From assembly GCA_963809845.1 (NCBI GenBank), contig CAWELO010000001.1, forward strand, positions 461,742 to 525,741: a stretch of 64,000 bases of DNA, read 5' to 3'. The notes beneath the pieces are model-generated. The model ran no database searches and was not told where the DNA came from. It was given only the letters and a program-made list of their open reading frames with translations. Positions 1 to 8,778 of the stretch are shown in pieces (the first letter of the stretch is position 1; every line of letters starts with the position of its first letter). The translations under genes were made by a program, and so were the position numbers. Source of the stretch: an uncultured Verrucomicrobiae bacterium (lineage in GTDB: Bacteria > Verrucomicrobiota > Verrucomicrobiia > Limisphaerales > UBA8199).

Positions 1-1
1 C

Positions 2-475
2 GCCCTGTTTCGCCACTACCATATCGGCGGTTGCAGCCAATGCGCCTTTCAGCCGGAGGAAACCCTCGGCCAGGTCTGTCAGCGAAATGGCGGATTGGAC
101 GCCGGCCAGGTTCTAGACTGCATCCGATCCAGCCACGAGGAAGATGTCCGGATTCTGATTGAGCCAAAGGCGCTCGCCGAGTGGCGGCAGCGGGAGCCGT
201 CGCTCCGGCTGGTGGACGTGCGCTCCCGCGAGGAGTTCGAAGCGGTCCACATCGAAGGGGCGGTGCTGCTCTCTCAGCCGGTGATGCGGGAGATCCTGAG
301 CGAGGGCACCAATTCCCGCGCCTTGGTGATTACGGATCATCAGGGCAAACAAGCGCTCGACGCCGCAGCCTATTTTATCGGCCACGGTTTGCAGAACGTG
401 CACGCGCTGCGCGGCGGCGTTGATGCCTGGGCCACCGAGGTGGACACCGGAATGCGACGATACCGCGTTGGGTAA
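2..475 (+). CDS. Rhodanese-domain protein with N-terminal CxxC domain (5' partial)
   Basis: Frame is open from base 2 (ALFRHYHIGGCSQCAF...). Rhodanese motifs LVDVRSREEFEAVHIEGA and LRGGVDAW; the usual catalytic Cys position reads TDHQG. Confidence 0.8.
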   Translation, partial: ALFRHYHIGGCSQCAFQPEETLGQVCQRNGGLDAGQVLDCIRSSHEEDVRILIEPKALAEWRQREPSLRLVDVRSREEFEAVHIEGAVLLSQPVMREILSEGTNSRALVITDHQGKQALDAAAYFIGHGLQNVHALRGGVDAWATEVDTGMRRYRVG

Positions 476-588
476 CGAGCTGGAATCCATGCATCTCAAA
501 ACTGCCACGCCCAATGTTCTCGATCTACCCAACCTTAAAACACCCCGCAGTGCGCGGGGCCGCTGAGGCCCAGACTCATTAGCCAAAT

Positions 589-1110
589 ATGGACAAGAAC
601 CTGCAGGACCGAATCGCCCAAGCGTTGAAAAATCCCCAGAACCTGGGCGAGCTGCCCGGGGCCGACGCCGTGGGGACGGTGGGCAACTCGGATTGCGGTG
701 AGATGCTTCGCCTCTGGGTCAAATTCAAGGAGCAGAACGGACGCAAGGTCATCGACCGCGCTACCTTTCAATCTTTCGGCTGTGAGACGGCCATCGCGGT
801 CGCCAGCCTGGCAACCGAACTTATCCGGGGCAAAACCGCCGAGGAAGCCTTGGCCCTGAAAACCGAAGAATTGGCGGGTGAACTCGGACCCTTGCCGCCG
901 ATGAAGATCCACTGCGCCCAACTGGTGGAAGGCGCCTTGCGGTCAGCCCTGGAACCCGGCGCCCCCACCGAGCAACCGGCGCCAGCCGGACAGCCCGGCT
1001 CGCCCGGCGCTACATTGCTCGATGCCTTCACCCGGCCAAAACCCGGCGGCACGAAGATCACATTCCTGGACGAAACCGATGCGGATCACTCCAAAGACCC
1101 GCCTCGATGA
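589..1110 (+). CDS. iscU: IscU/NifU-family Fe-S cluster scaffold protein
   Basis: Three conserved Cys in GNSDCGE, FGCETA and KIHCA; LPPMK resembles the LPPVK chaperone-binding motif. Confidence 0.9.
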   Translation: MDKNLQDRIAQALKNPQNLGELPGADAVGTVGNSDCGEMLRLWVKFKEQNGRKVIDRATFQSFGCETAIAVASLATELIRGKTAEEALALKTEELAGELGPLPPMKIHCAQLVEGALRSALEPGAPTEQPAPAGQPGSPGATLLDAFTRPKPGGTKITFLDETDADHSKDPPR

Positions 1111-1215
1111 GCGAGGTTTGACGGCGGTAATGAGGGCAGCGGGGGACGTCGGGGTGCCCCACTCGCCCAGGAACCGGTCCACCCGTAACAAATCACAGCA
1201 CCACCAAAAGGCAGT

Positions 1216-1365
1216 GTGAACCTCGTTGAGCAACTTACGAAAGCTTCCGCTGCCTCACCGCCGAAGCGCGTACTAGGCATCGACCTTGGCACCACCAGTT
1301 CCCCGGTTGCGCAAGTGCATTTGCCGCTCGACCCCGCCGCCTCACCCGAGTTGCCTTGCGAGTGA
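1216..1365 (+). pseudogene. Hsp70-family N-terminal stub (49 aa)
   Basis: Hand translation from GTG 1216: MNLVEQLTKASAASPPKRVLGIDLGTTSSPVAQVHLPLDPAASPELPCE*. GIDLGTT is the Hsp70 phosphate-1 signature. Confidence 0.65.
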
Positions 1366-1413
1366 ATCTCCGCCATTTTCGAGAGCAGAACATCAGCATA
1401 AAGGGCCAAATCG

Positions 1414-3174
1414 ATGATCACCAAACTTGTCTTGAAAAACTTCAAGAGCGTGGCGACCGAGACGTACGAGTTCACGGACTTCGACTTGCTGGTCGGGCGG
1501 AACAACAGCGGCAAGAGCACGATTCTTCAGGCTATAGCCATCTGGCAGTTCTGCGTGGACGAGTTCCACCGGGCCAAGCGCGGCGGCAAAACCGGAATCC
1601 AAGTTGTGCTCCCGAACTTCACAGCTCTCCCGGTACCTGAATTTAACCTGCTCTGGCACGATAAACTTGATCGGAAGTACCCGATGGTTGACGGCAAGAG
1701 GAGCACTAAACCCGACTACGTCTTGATCGAGGTCGAGCTGTCATGGCTGTCAGCCAAACGCGAACCCCGGAAGTTCAAGGCCGCCCTCCGGTACCTGGCG
1801 GCACAAACCGCATTCGCCATCCCAATACCCGACTGGAAGAGTTTTCGCGAGGCCTACCAGACACCGGGTTTCCCCAAGATCGCCTATGTGCCACCGTTCT
1901 CAGGACTCGAGCCGACCGAGGAATGGCGCGACGAGGGCCCCATCAAGAGACAGATTGGCAAGGCCCAACCGGGGAGCATCCTCCGAAACCTCCTGTACCG
2001 CGTTTGCTTCCCGCCTTCCGTCGATGAACAAGGCCACCATGAAACGGGCCAAAAGTCCCCCGGTGACTGGATCGAACTGAAAGAGATGATCGATCAGTGG
2101 TTTTCTCTGGAACTCCTCGAGCCGAAGTACGAGAAAGGCGTGGATACCCAGATCGTTTGTGAATACAAGCAACGGGGAAGAACCTTCGACATCATTGCCG
2201 GGGGGAGTGGATTTCACCAGGCGCTGACGCTGCTCGCCTTCCTCTACGGCTATAAGCCCACCGTGATCCTGATGGACGAACCGGACGCGCACATGCACGT
2301 CAACCTTCAGCGGGAAGTGCTGGACTACTTCCAGGCGAAATGCAGGGAGCGGGGGGTGCAATTCATCCTGGCGACGCATGCTGAGGAACTCGTGCGAGGC
2401 GTTGATGCGAGCCGGATTATCTCGGTCCTCAGCCAGAAACCCTCGCGGCTAACGAGCAAGACGGGAATACTCACCGCCATGGCGGATGTCTCCAACGCGG
2501 AGTTAGCACAACTGGCGGCCTCTCCCATGGTTCTCTATGTCGAGGGGGAAACCGACGAGCGAATACTCCGTGGATGGGCCCGCGCGTGCCAGGCGGAAGA
2601 TGCGTTGAACAAGGTCTGCTTCCACCACATGGGCGGTGGCAGCAAGTTGCGGATGAAGGAAGCGACCGACCGCCACTTCGAAGGCATCCGCCAAATCCTG
2701 CCCAGCGCGAAGCGGCTTGTCCTCTTCGATTTTGACACGTCCGACAACGCCTACCATCCGGAGCCAGCAAACCCAATTCTATTCGAGTGGAAGCGCCGCA
2801 ATATCGAGAACTACCTTCTAGTCCCTGAACCATGGCAACGAACCTCCGCGAGTCTGCTGAAGTTGCCGGAGGACGACCTGTTGCTTGAACCTGTCCGGAA
2901 GACCGTGACTCAGTTCTTCGAGAGCGAGAACCTCGCGTTGCCACGCGGGCAGACATGGCGCAGTCTCTCTGCCAGCATCTTTCAGCTCGTGGATGGCAAG
3001 AAGCTACTGTTTGAGAATCAGAATGCACTGTTCGTAAAACTCCGCACCGGAGATCCGGGTGTGGTCGTGCTCAGAGAGCTCGTCGCTGGCGCCATGCGCG
3101 CAGATGAGTTACACGAGGATATCCACGACTTCTTCAAGCGATTGTCTGAAGCAGTCACCACGCTTGACGCGTGA
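1414..3174 (+). CDS. ABC-type ATPase with C-terminal TOPRIM domain (OLD-like ATP-dependent nuclease)
   Basis: Walker A GRNNSGKS, Walker B ILMDEPDAH, H-loop ATHA; TOPRIM-like YVEGETD, FDFD and RNIENY. Confidence 0.8.
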   Translation: MITKLVLKNFKSVATETYEFTDFDLLVGRNNSGKSTILQAIAIWQFCVDEFHRAKRGGKTGIQVVLPNFTALPVPEFNLLWHDKLDRKYPMVDGKRSTKPDYVLIEVELSWLSAKREPRKFKAALRYLAAQTAFAIPIPDWKSFREAYQTPGFPKIAYVPPFSGLEPTEEWRDEGPIKRQIGKAQPGSILRNLLYRVCFPPSVDEQGHHETGQKSPGDWIELKEMIDQWFSLELLEPKYEKGVDTQIVCEYKQRGRTFDIIAGGSGFHQALTLLAFLYGYKPTVILMDEPDAHMHVNLQREVLDYFQAKCRERGVQFILATHAEELVRGVDASRIISVLSQKPSRLTSKTGILTAMADVSNAELAQLAASPMVLYVEGETDERILRGWARACQAEDALNKVCFHHMGGGSKLRMKEATDRHFEGIRQILPSAKRLVLFDFDTSDNAYHPEPANPILFEWKRRNIENYLLVPEPWQRTSASLLKLPEDDLLLEPVRKTVTQFFESENLALPRGQTWRSLSASIFQLVDGKKLLFENQNALFVKLRTGDPGVVVLRELVAGAMRADELHEDIHDFFKRLSEAVTTLDA

Positions 3175-3474
3175 GCACTCCAACACTATGAAGGAACACC
3201 CTCGGCGCGGAGCCAACGCGGCACCGAGTCCAATAACACATGGCTGGAGCTTCACTGCAATTAGCTCACCGCAGGGTTTCACAGTGCTCGAACCACGGGA
3301 ACGATAGGGTCGCACCCCCACATTTGGCACTATTTGTTGATCTCCCTCACGAGTTCCGTCCGCGGGTTTATGGTTTGGCAGGGCGCCCATGCTACGTTCC
3401 AAACCTTCCGCGCGAAAGAGCCCGCGAGGACGTGCCGAGGTAAACCAAGCAACTGATTGCGTTCGGCCCTTGCT

Positions 3475-5427
3475 CTACGGCGCGGCTGGGCGCAGGCGGA
3501 AGAACATTTGCGGTGTGCTGGTGGAGGGAACCAGAATCCAGTTGGTGCCGGCGGGAAAGGCGGGGTCGGGCAGGCCCGTCTTTTCGGGCAATCCCGTCAG
3601 CGGACTGATGAGCGGTGTCCAGTTATTGGTGGCCAGCAGGTCGGGGTTGGCTTCGATGATAGAGTTGGTCTCGGGGGACGGCCAGGCCAGGAGCGCATAA
3701 TCGCCAAAGGGCCAGGCGGTGAACTGGCTGACGGCAGTGAGATCAGGGGCGAGATAGCTCATCTGCTGATCCCCGCCGTCCAGGACCACGGCGACAAAGA
3801 AGCCGGGAAAGATGTTTGGCGGCTGAAGTCCCACCAGGCTGATTTCCGTCTGGCCGTTCCGTGCCAGCATCACCGAGATGGGCACCTCCGCCTGGTAGGT
3901 GTAGGTATTGGTGAGGGCGTCGGGCAGGACCGGGTCGAGGTCGAAAATGATATTCGTGGTGGCCGCCGCGCCGGTGGGGTCACTCACCAAAGTGAGGCTG
4001 GATTGCAGCCCCTGCAGGCCGGCGCCGTTCACCAGCACCTCGTTAGCCGAAATGGGGGCGCGCGTCGAGATCTGGAGCGTCACGGTGGGTTCGACGAAAT
4101 TGGATAAGTCCAGACCGGCATCGGCGAGGCCCGAGAGCGCGTCTTCAACCTCGCCATCAGCATCGAACCCCGCCGCAAGGGTCACATACCAGCCATTGGT
4201 TCTGGACCAGCCCATGCCCTGCACCGCACCGCTCAAGCCGCCGTGACCGGTGTTGAACACCAGCAAATGGTCGTTCGTGCCGGGCCTTCTCCCAAACAAA
4301 GCCCCAGCCAGCGCGTTGCTGAAGGTGTTGGCGCTGCTGTCCCCGCTGATGGGGACCGCGGCCAAATTCTCGGTCACCGCGCCATTTGGACCCGGCAAGA
4401 GAACGAAAGGGCCGAGATTGGTCGCACCGTTGAACGTCCCGTCCGAGATTAGCACCGCAACGTTCCGGGCGGGAACCCCATAGGCATCCACCAGGGTCCG
4501 ATAAACCCGAACGATGTTGGCGGCGTGGCGAGCCTCGGGCTGCCCCCAAACCACCAGGACGGCATACTGCTGGAAGTTGGTGCCCGACAAGGTGCGGTTG
4601 TCGGAGGCGTCGCTCGAAGAACCGTATTGGGGATGTTCGGCTCCCGTACCGTTGATCGGCTGGAACGTCGTGGGCGCAGGCTGCCCGGGGAACTGCACCT
4701 GGAAGGTGGACGCGCCCGGGACCTGGGTGGCCTGGTAAAATTGGTTCGCGCCAAACCAGGCCCACACACCGGCGGTCCCATTGTAGGTGCCCACAACGGT
4801 CGGATACTTGCGGATGCCACCGTTGAACAGGAACTGCCAGGGCTTGGGCGGAATGAAGGGATCCTTGGGGATCGCGGCAAACCCGCCCCCCGCGGCGCGC
4901 CCACCGATGGCGGTCTGGAAGTGCTGAAACATTCCATTGTTGGTATAGAGCAGGGCGGCTTCCCGCCAGGGGCGGGCGAAGTTGTTCAAGTATTGTTGAC
5001 GCCCCCCGGCGACCAACGGCGAGTAGGATGAATGCGCGGTCTCGGACCACGCGCTGGCGGAGGTAAAAGTCCAATTCGGCTGGCTGGCGTTGGCGCCCAC
5101 GTTGCCAAGAAACCCGCCACCATAACATTGCACCATCACCACATCGACGGTGGCGCCCGGGAAATTTGTCAGGAAAACGGCGTAAGGCACGGCCGCCACC
5201 CGGTTGGGCAGCGTGCTCGAGGCAACGATGCGCTGAACTCTCCGAGCGCTCCCCTGAATGACTTGCGGCCTGCCCCCGGCGACCCACGTCCACCTCGCGG
5301 CCGGCAAGGTGGCGTTGGCGGCGATGTTGCCCACATTGGTGCGAGTTTGGGCCTGCGCGGCGCACAAGCCGAGCGCGACGAGACAAACCCAGCCAATCGA
5401 TCCGGCGGGTACTCGTGGTTGTGACAT
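3475..5427 (-). CDS. Secreted caspase/legumain-like (clan CD, C13-like) peptidase with C-terminal FFRL-type motif
   Basis: Signal peptide ending AAQA; motifs VMVQCYGGGF, YAVLVV...RHAAN and HLLVFNTGHGG; C-terminus NNWTPL...QMFFRLR. Confidence 0.7.
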   Translation of the reverse strand: MSQPRVPAGSIGWVCLVALGLCAAQAQTRTNVGNIAANATLPAARWTWVAGGRPQVIQGSARRVQRIVASSTLPNRVAAVPYAVFLTNFPGATVDVVMVQCYGGGFLGNVGANASQPNWTFTSASAWSETAHSSYSPLVAGGRQQYLNNFARPWREAALLYTNNGMFQHFQTAIGGRAAGGGFAAIPKDPFIPPKPWQFLFNGGIRKYPTVVGTYNGTAGVWAWFGANQFYQATQVPGASTFQVQFPGQPAPTTFQPINGTGAEHPQYGSSSDASDNRTLSGTNFQQYAVLVVWGQPEARHAANIVRVYRTLVDAYGVPARNVAVLISDGTFNGATNLGPFVLLPGPNGAVTENLAAVPISGDSSANTFSNALAGALFGRRPGTNDHLLVFNTGHGGLSGAVQGMGWSRTNGWYVTLAAGFDADGEVEDALSGLADAGLDLSNFVEPTVTLQISTRAPISANEVLVNGAGLQGLQSSLTLVSDPTGAAATTNIIFDLDPVLPDALTNTYTYQAEVPISVMLARNGQTEISLVGLQPPNIFPGFFVAVVLDGGDQQMSYLAPDLTAVSQFTAWPFGDYALLAWPSPETNSIIEANPDLLATNNWTPLISPLTGLPEKTGLPDPAFPAGTNWILVPSTSTPQMFFRLRPAAP

Positions 5428-5680
5428 AAGCGGTTCAGGCTGTGCCGGCCATCAAGGTTTATACCTCGTGTTTTTAGCATGCCGCCTAATGGTGTCAATA
5501 AGAAACTCTGCCCCACAAACCCTCGCTCCAGCGCGAACCGAAAATCAGTTCCCTGCGTCCAGCCCGCTGCGCGGTGGCGCTGGCTGTCGGGACGAGCCGT
5601 CCCCACCCCACGGCGCCAGCCACGCGAACGTCGTGCGTGGATTCGTGCCGGTGGATGAGGGCGCAGGGCCGTTTGAGCGG

Positions 5681-7186
5681 CTAAGGGCTGGAAACCCGCT
5701 CCGGCACGGCGTTGGTTGTGGCGGGGACGGCAGCGGATTCCGGGCCAAGCTGGAGTTTGGTTCGGAGGATGTCCCGCATCTCCGGGGGCCAGCCATAGGC
5801 CGGGTCGAGCAGGCGCTGGACCACGTCGTGCTTTATGTCCTCGATCGGCGCCATGGGGATGGATTCCTTTCGGAACCTGGTTTTGCTGGCGTAGGTAGTT
5901 CGGACGTTTTCCGCCAGCTTGGCGTAGCCGGCGGCCGGCTCGTCCTGGCCCAGCGCCATGCTCGTGTAGGCCTTGCTGAGGAGGCCCTCGATAATGGCCT
6001 TGATGCGGTCCGGCGCCATGGTCTCGTTCACATCCTCCTGCACTTTGCTGACCGCGTAATCGACCAGGGTCAGGTTCGCCGGGTACGAGTTGGTCTGGCC
6101 CTCGATGAGGAGTTTATTCGGATATTTTTCGCCGAGATATTTATACCAGCGCGCGGCGTCGGGGAGGCGGTTGTTCACGTAGAGGAAATAGACCGCATCG
6201 CGCAGGAAATTACGGTGGGCGGTCAGGATGTGGTCGTGGTTATTGTGATCCTCCTCGGCGGCCTGTTCGTAAGCGGCGCTGACCTTGGGGACGATGTCCA
6301 GGTTGGGCCCGAGCTCGAACTGCTTGATATAAGGATTGGCAATGAGGCGCCCGCGCTGGAAGCTGAGCAGCATGGACTGATAAATCACGCGGCGCAGCGT
6401 GATGAGGTCATCCGGTTTGATCTTGGAGGGGTTTTCCTGGGCTTTCTTCAGGCCGAGCGCGGCCCAATAAATCGCATGCGCTTCCGGCAGGCGCCATTCC
6501 AGCGGGCCGTACCGCTCGTCCACTTCCTTCATGAACTCGGGATCCATTTTGTACTTCTCGCGCAGCAGCCGGGCGCGCTCTTTCTGGTCGGCGGTTTGCG
6601 GGTGAATCAGTTCATCCAGGTTGGGGGTCTTTTTATCGAAGACCACGGCCATTTCGTTGGCCCACTCCTGTTTATAATACATGTTGGCATCGTCCAGGGT
6701 CTGGCCGATTTTGTGCTGAAAAAACCAGGCCAACTCGCGATAGATGAGCGTTTCATTCGGGTTGTATTGGAGGCCCTTGTCCCGCAGCAGTTCAATGCCT
6801 CGTTCGAGCCAGCGCCAGCGATCGGGGTAATCCTTGAACTTGACCGAGATGTTGTAGGCCATGTTCCAGGACTGCACGAGCCACACCTGGACGAAGTGGG
6901 GTTCCAACGCGGTGATCCAGTCGGCCAATTGAGCCATCTCGAAGTACTTGTCGTCCTCCTGCAAATCATTGGCCCGAATCCAGAGGGCGTTCGAGATCAG
7001 GCCGCGGAACCCGCCCAGCGCGACCGTGGTGAACGCCAGCACGGGCGGCGCGTTTTCGAGCGGTTGAACCCGCGTGAGGCCCAGCACCTCCCGGTCAATG
7101 TTCAAACGGCTCTGCACCTGCGAAACACCGGCCAGCAATATCGCAGCCAGGGCCAGGAGCAGGAACTTCTTGAGCTTGGGCTTCAT
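5681..7186 (-). CDS. Conserved exported/membrane-anchored alpha-helical (TPR-like) protein, last gene of the SPFH/ABC operon
   Basis: 501-aa ORF with N-terminal hydrophobic segment, strong coding bias and helical composition (LGGFRG...WNMAYNISV). Confidence 0.75.
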   Translation of the reverse strand: MKPKLKKFLLLALAAILLAGVSQVQSRLNIDREVLGLTRVQPLENAPPVLAFTTVALGGFRGLISNALWIRANDLQEDDKYFEMAQLADWITALEPHFVQVWLVQSWNMAYNISVKFKDYPDRWRWLERGIELLRDKGLQYNPNETLIYRELAWFFQHKIGQTLDDANMYYKQEWANEMAVVFDKKTPNLDELIHPQTADQKERARLLREKYKMDPEFMKEVDERYGPLEWRLPEAHAIYWAALGLKKAQENPSKIKPDDLITLRRVIYQSMLLSFQRGRLIANPYIKQFELGPNLDIVPKVSAAYEQAAEEDHNNHDHILTAHRNFLRDAVYFLYVNNRLPDAARWYKYLGEKYPNKLLIEGQTNSYPANLTLVDYAVSKVQEDVNETMAPDRIKAIIEGLLSKAYTSMALGQDEPAAGYAKLAENVRTTYASKTRFRKESIPMAPIEDIKHDVVQRLLDPAYGWPPEMRDILRTKLQLGPESAAVPATTNAVPERVSSP

Positions 7187-7254
7187 GGGTCAGCTCCAAG
7201 GCCCCGGCGCCGTGCCGCCGGATTTCGAATTGTGTGACTGGAACGTGCGCCGGG

Positions 7255-8640
7255 TCATTGCGTCCCCTGTGCGGTGGCCAGTTCACGGCGGGTAAAGGCC
7301 ACAATGCCCAGCAGGGCAAAGGCACCCCCGAGCAGTAAGACGATTTGGGTAAAAGCCAGCGCCAGTTGTCCCCAGGTGATGCTCCGGCCCGTGCTCAGGG
7401 AGTCAATGGGCGAAAAATCTTCGGCGAGGCTGATGACCTTGAGCACGGCCCTGAATGTCGGGATGACCACCACGTCCGCCGGCGTCCAGCCGCTGGTGCC
7501 CTTTTCCGCGTCATAACTGGCAATGGTGCCTTGGGAAACGGCGTTGGCCATGGTGCCACTGGCCAGGACGATCGCCAGGAGACCCAGCGAGAAAAAGGCC
7601 GCGACCGGAAACGAAAGGAAACTGGCCGAAGCCAGCCCCAGGGCGGCCAGCAGGGCCATCCAGCAGAAGATGATCCCCACACCGCGGGCGAAGTTCAACC
7701 CGAACCCGCCTTCCCGGTAAAGCACTTCCATGCCGTCTTCGATGGGAAAGAGCAAGGCCGTGTTGTTGGGGTTGGCGAACTGAATGTTCAGTTCTCCATT
7801 GGCATCGAAGAGGTTGGGCGGGATCTGGAACTCGTGGAAGGTGTCGGGCGCCAGGCTCATGACCTCGCTTTGCCAGACGGGGGTTTTGTTGGGAATCCCG
7901 ATCTGCCAGACCCCGTCGAAAGTGCCCGAGGCGCTCTTGTCGGCGGCATTAAACTTGATTCTCAGGTAGAGGGGTTGGTCACGAAGGAAGTGCCGCGCCA
8001 ACCCCAGATCGATGGTCCATTGGCGATAATAGCTGGGAGGCACCACCTGAAAATCGGCCTTCACCTGCTCCCGGATCTGCCGGCGCACCTCGGGCAGATC
8101 AGCCCCGCTGACCGGGGTCTTTTGCAGGCGGTCTCGCAAAATTTGATCGGTCAGGTCATCGACCTTTCGCGTCACGTCGGCAGGCCGGGCGGAACCGCGG
8201 GCGACGAGGACCTCATTTTGCAGAACCTTCTGTTGGTCGAGGGGCAGGTGGGTCGCGCGCCATTCGAGCAGCGCGTAAACGCTGAACCCGGCCAGCGCCA
8301 GCAACACCGCGTTCAGTGACATAATCCCCAGCCATTTGCCCAGCCAAATCTGCCAGCGCCCCACCGGCTTCACCGCGACAACCTGCATCTGGCAGTCCTC
8401 GATATCCCGCGCCAAGGTGCCGCAGGCGAGCCAAAGGGTGGAAAGCCCGAGCAGCGTGCTGATGGTGCCCAGGGTGTACGTCAGTAGGATCTGGGTAAAA
8501 CCACGGGCGGTGCCATCGTCCTTGATGAGCAGCGGCAGCCCCACCACCGAACCCAGGAGCAACACCGCAACCACCAGGAAAAGGCGGAATCGAAAGGCCG
8601 CTTTCCACGTCAGCCAGGCGATGGCAAGAATCGGTTGCAT
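7255..8640 (-). CDS. ABC-2 type transporter permease with large extracytoplasmic domain
   Basis: Multiple TM segments and the permease motif VAVKPVGRWQIWLGKWLG. Confidence 0.85.
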   Translation of the reverse strand: MQPILAIAWLTWKAAFRFRLFLVVAVLLLGSVVGLPLLIKDDGTARGFTQILLTYTLGTISTLLGLSTLWLACGTLARDIEDCQMQVVAVKPVGRWQIWLGKWLGIMSLNAVLLALAGFSVYALLEWRATHLPLDQQKVLQNEVLVARGSARPADVTRKVDDLTDQILRDRLQKTPVSGADLPEVRRQIREQVKADFQVVPPSYYRQWTIDLGLARHFLRDQPLYLRIKFNAADKSASGTFDGVWQIGIPNKTPVWQSEVMSLAPDTFHEFQIPPNLFDANGELNIQFANPNNTALLFPIEDGMEVLYREGGFGLNFARGVGIIFCWMALLAALGLASASFLSFPVAAFFSLGLLAIVLASGTMANAVSQGTIASYDAEKGTSGWTPADVVVIPTFRAVLKVISLAEDFSPIDSLSTGRSITWGQLALAFTQIVLLLGGAFALLGIVAFTRRELATAQGTQ

Positions 8641-8778
8641 CAGTGCGTCCAGTGGAACGGTTTCACGCCGCGACCTCCGCTCAAGCCGGCAGCCCCACCC
8701 CCGAAAGCGCGAGCGCTGGCATCGGCTTCCAAAGAACCTCGAATTTCGAATGGAACTAAATCCCGCAAGGCTCGCTGC

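Noticed and set aside
1414-3174. Gabija or retron system
   Set aside because: No UvrD helicase or reverse transcriptase gene is adjacent to the ATPase-TOPRIM gene.
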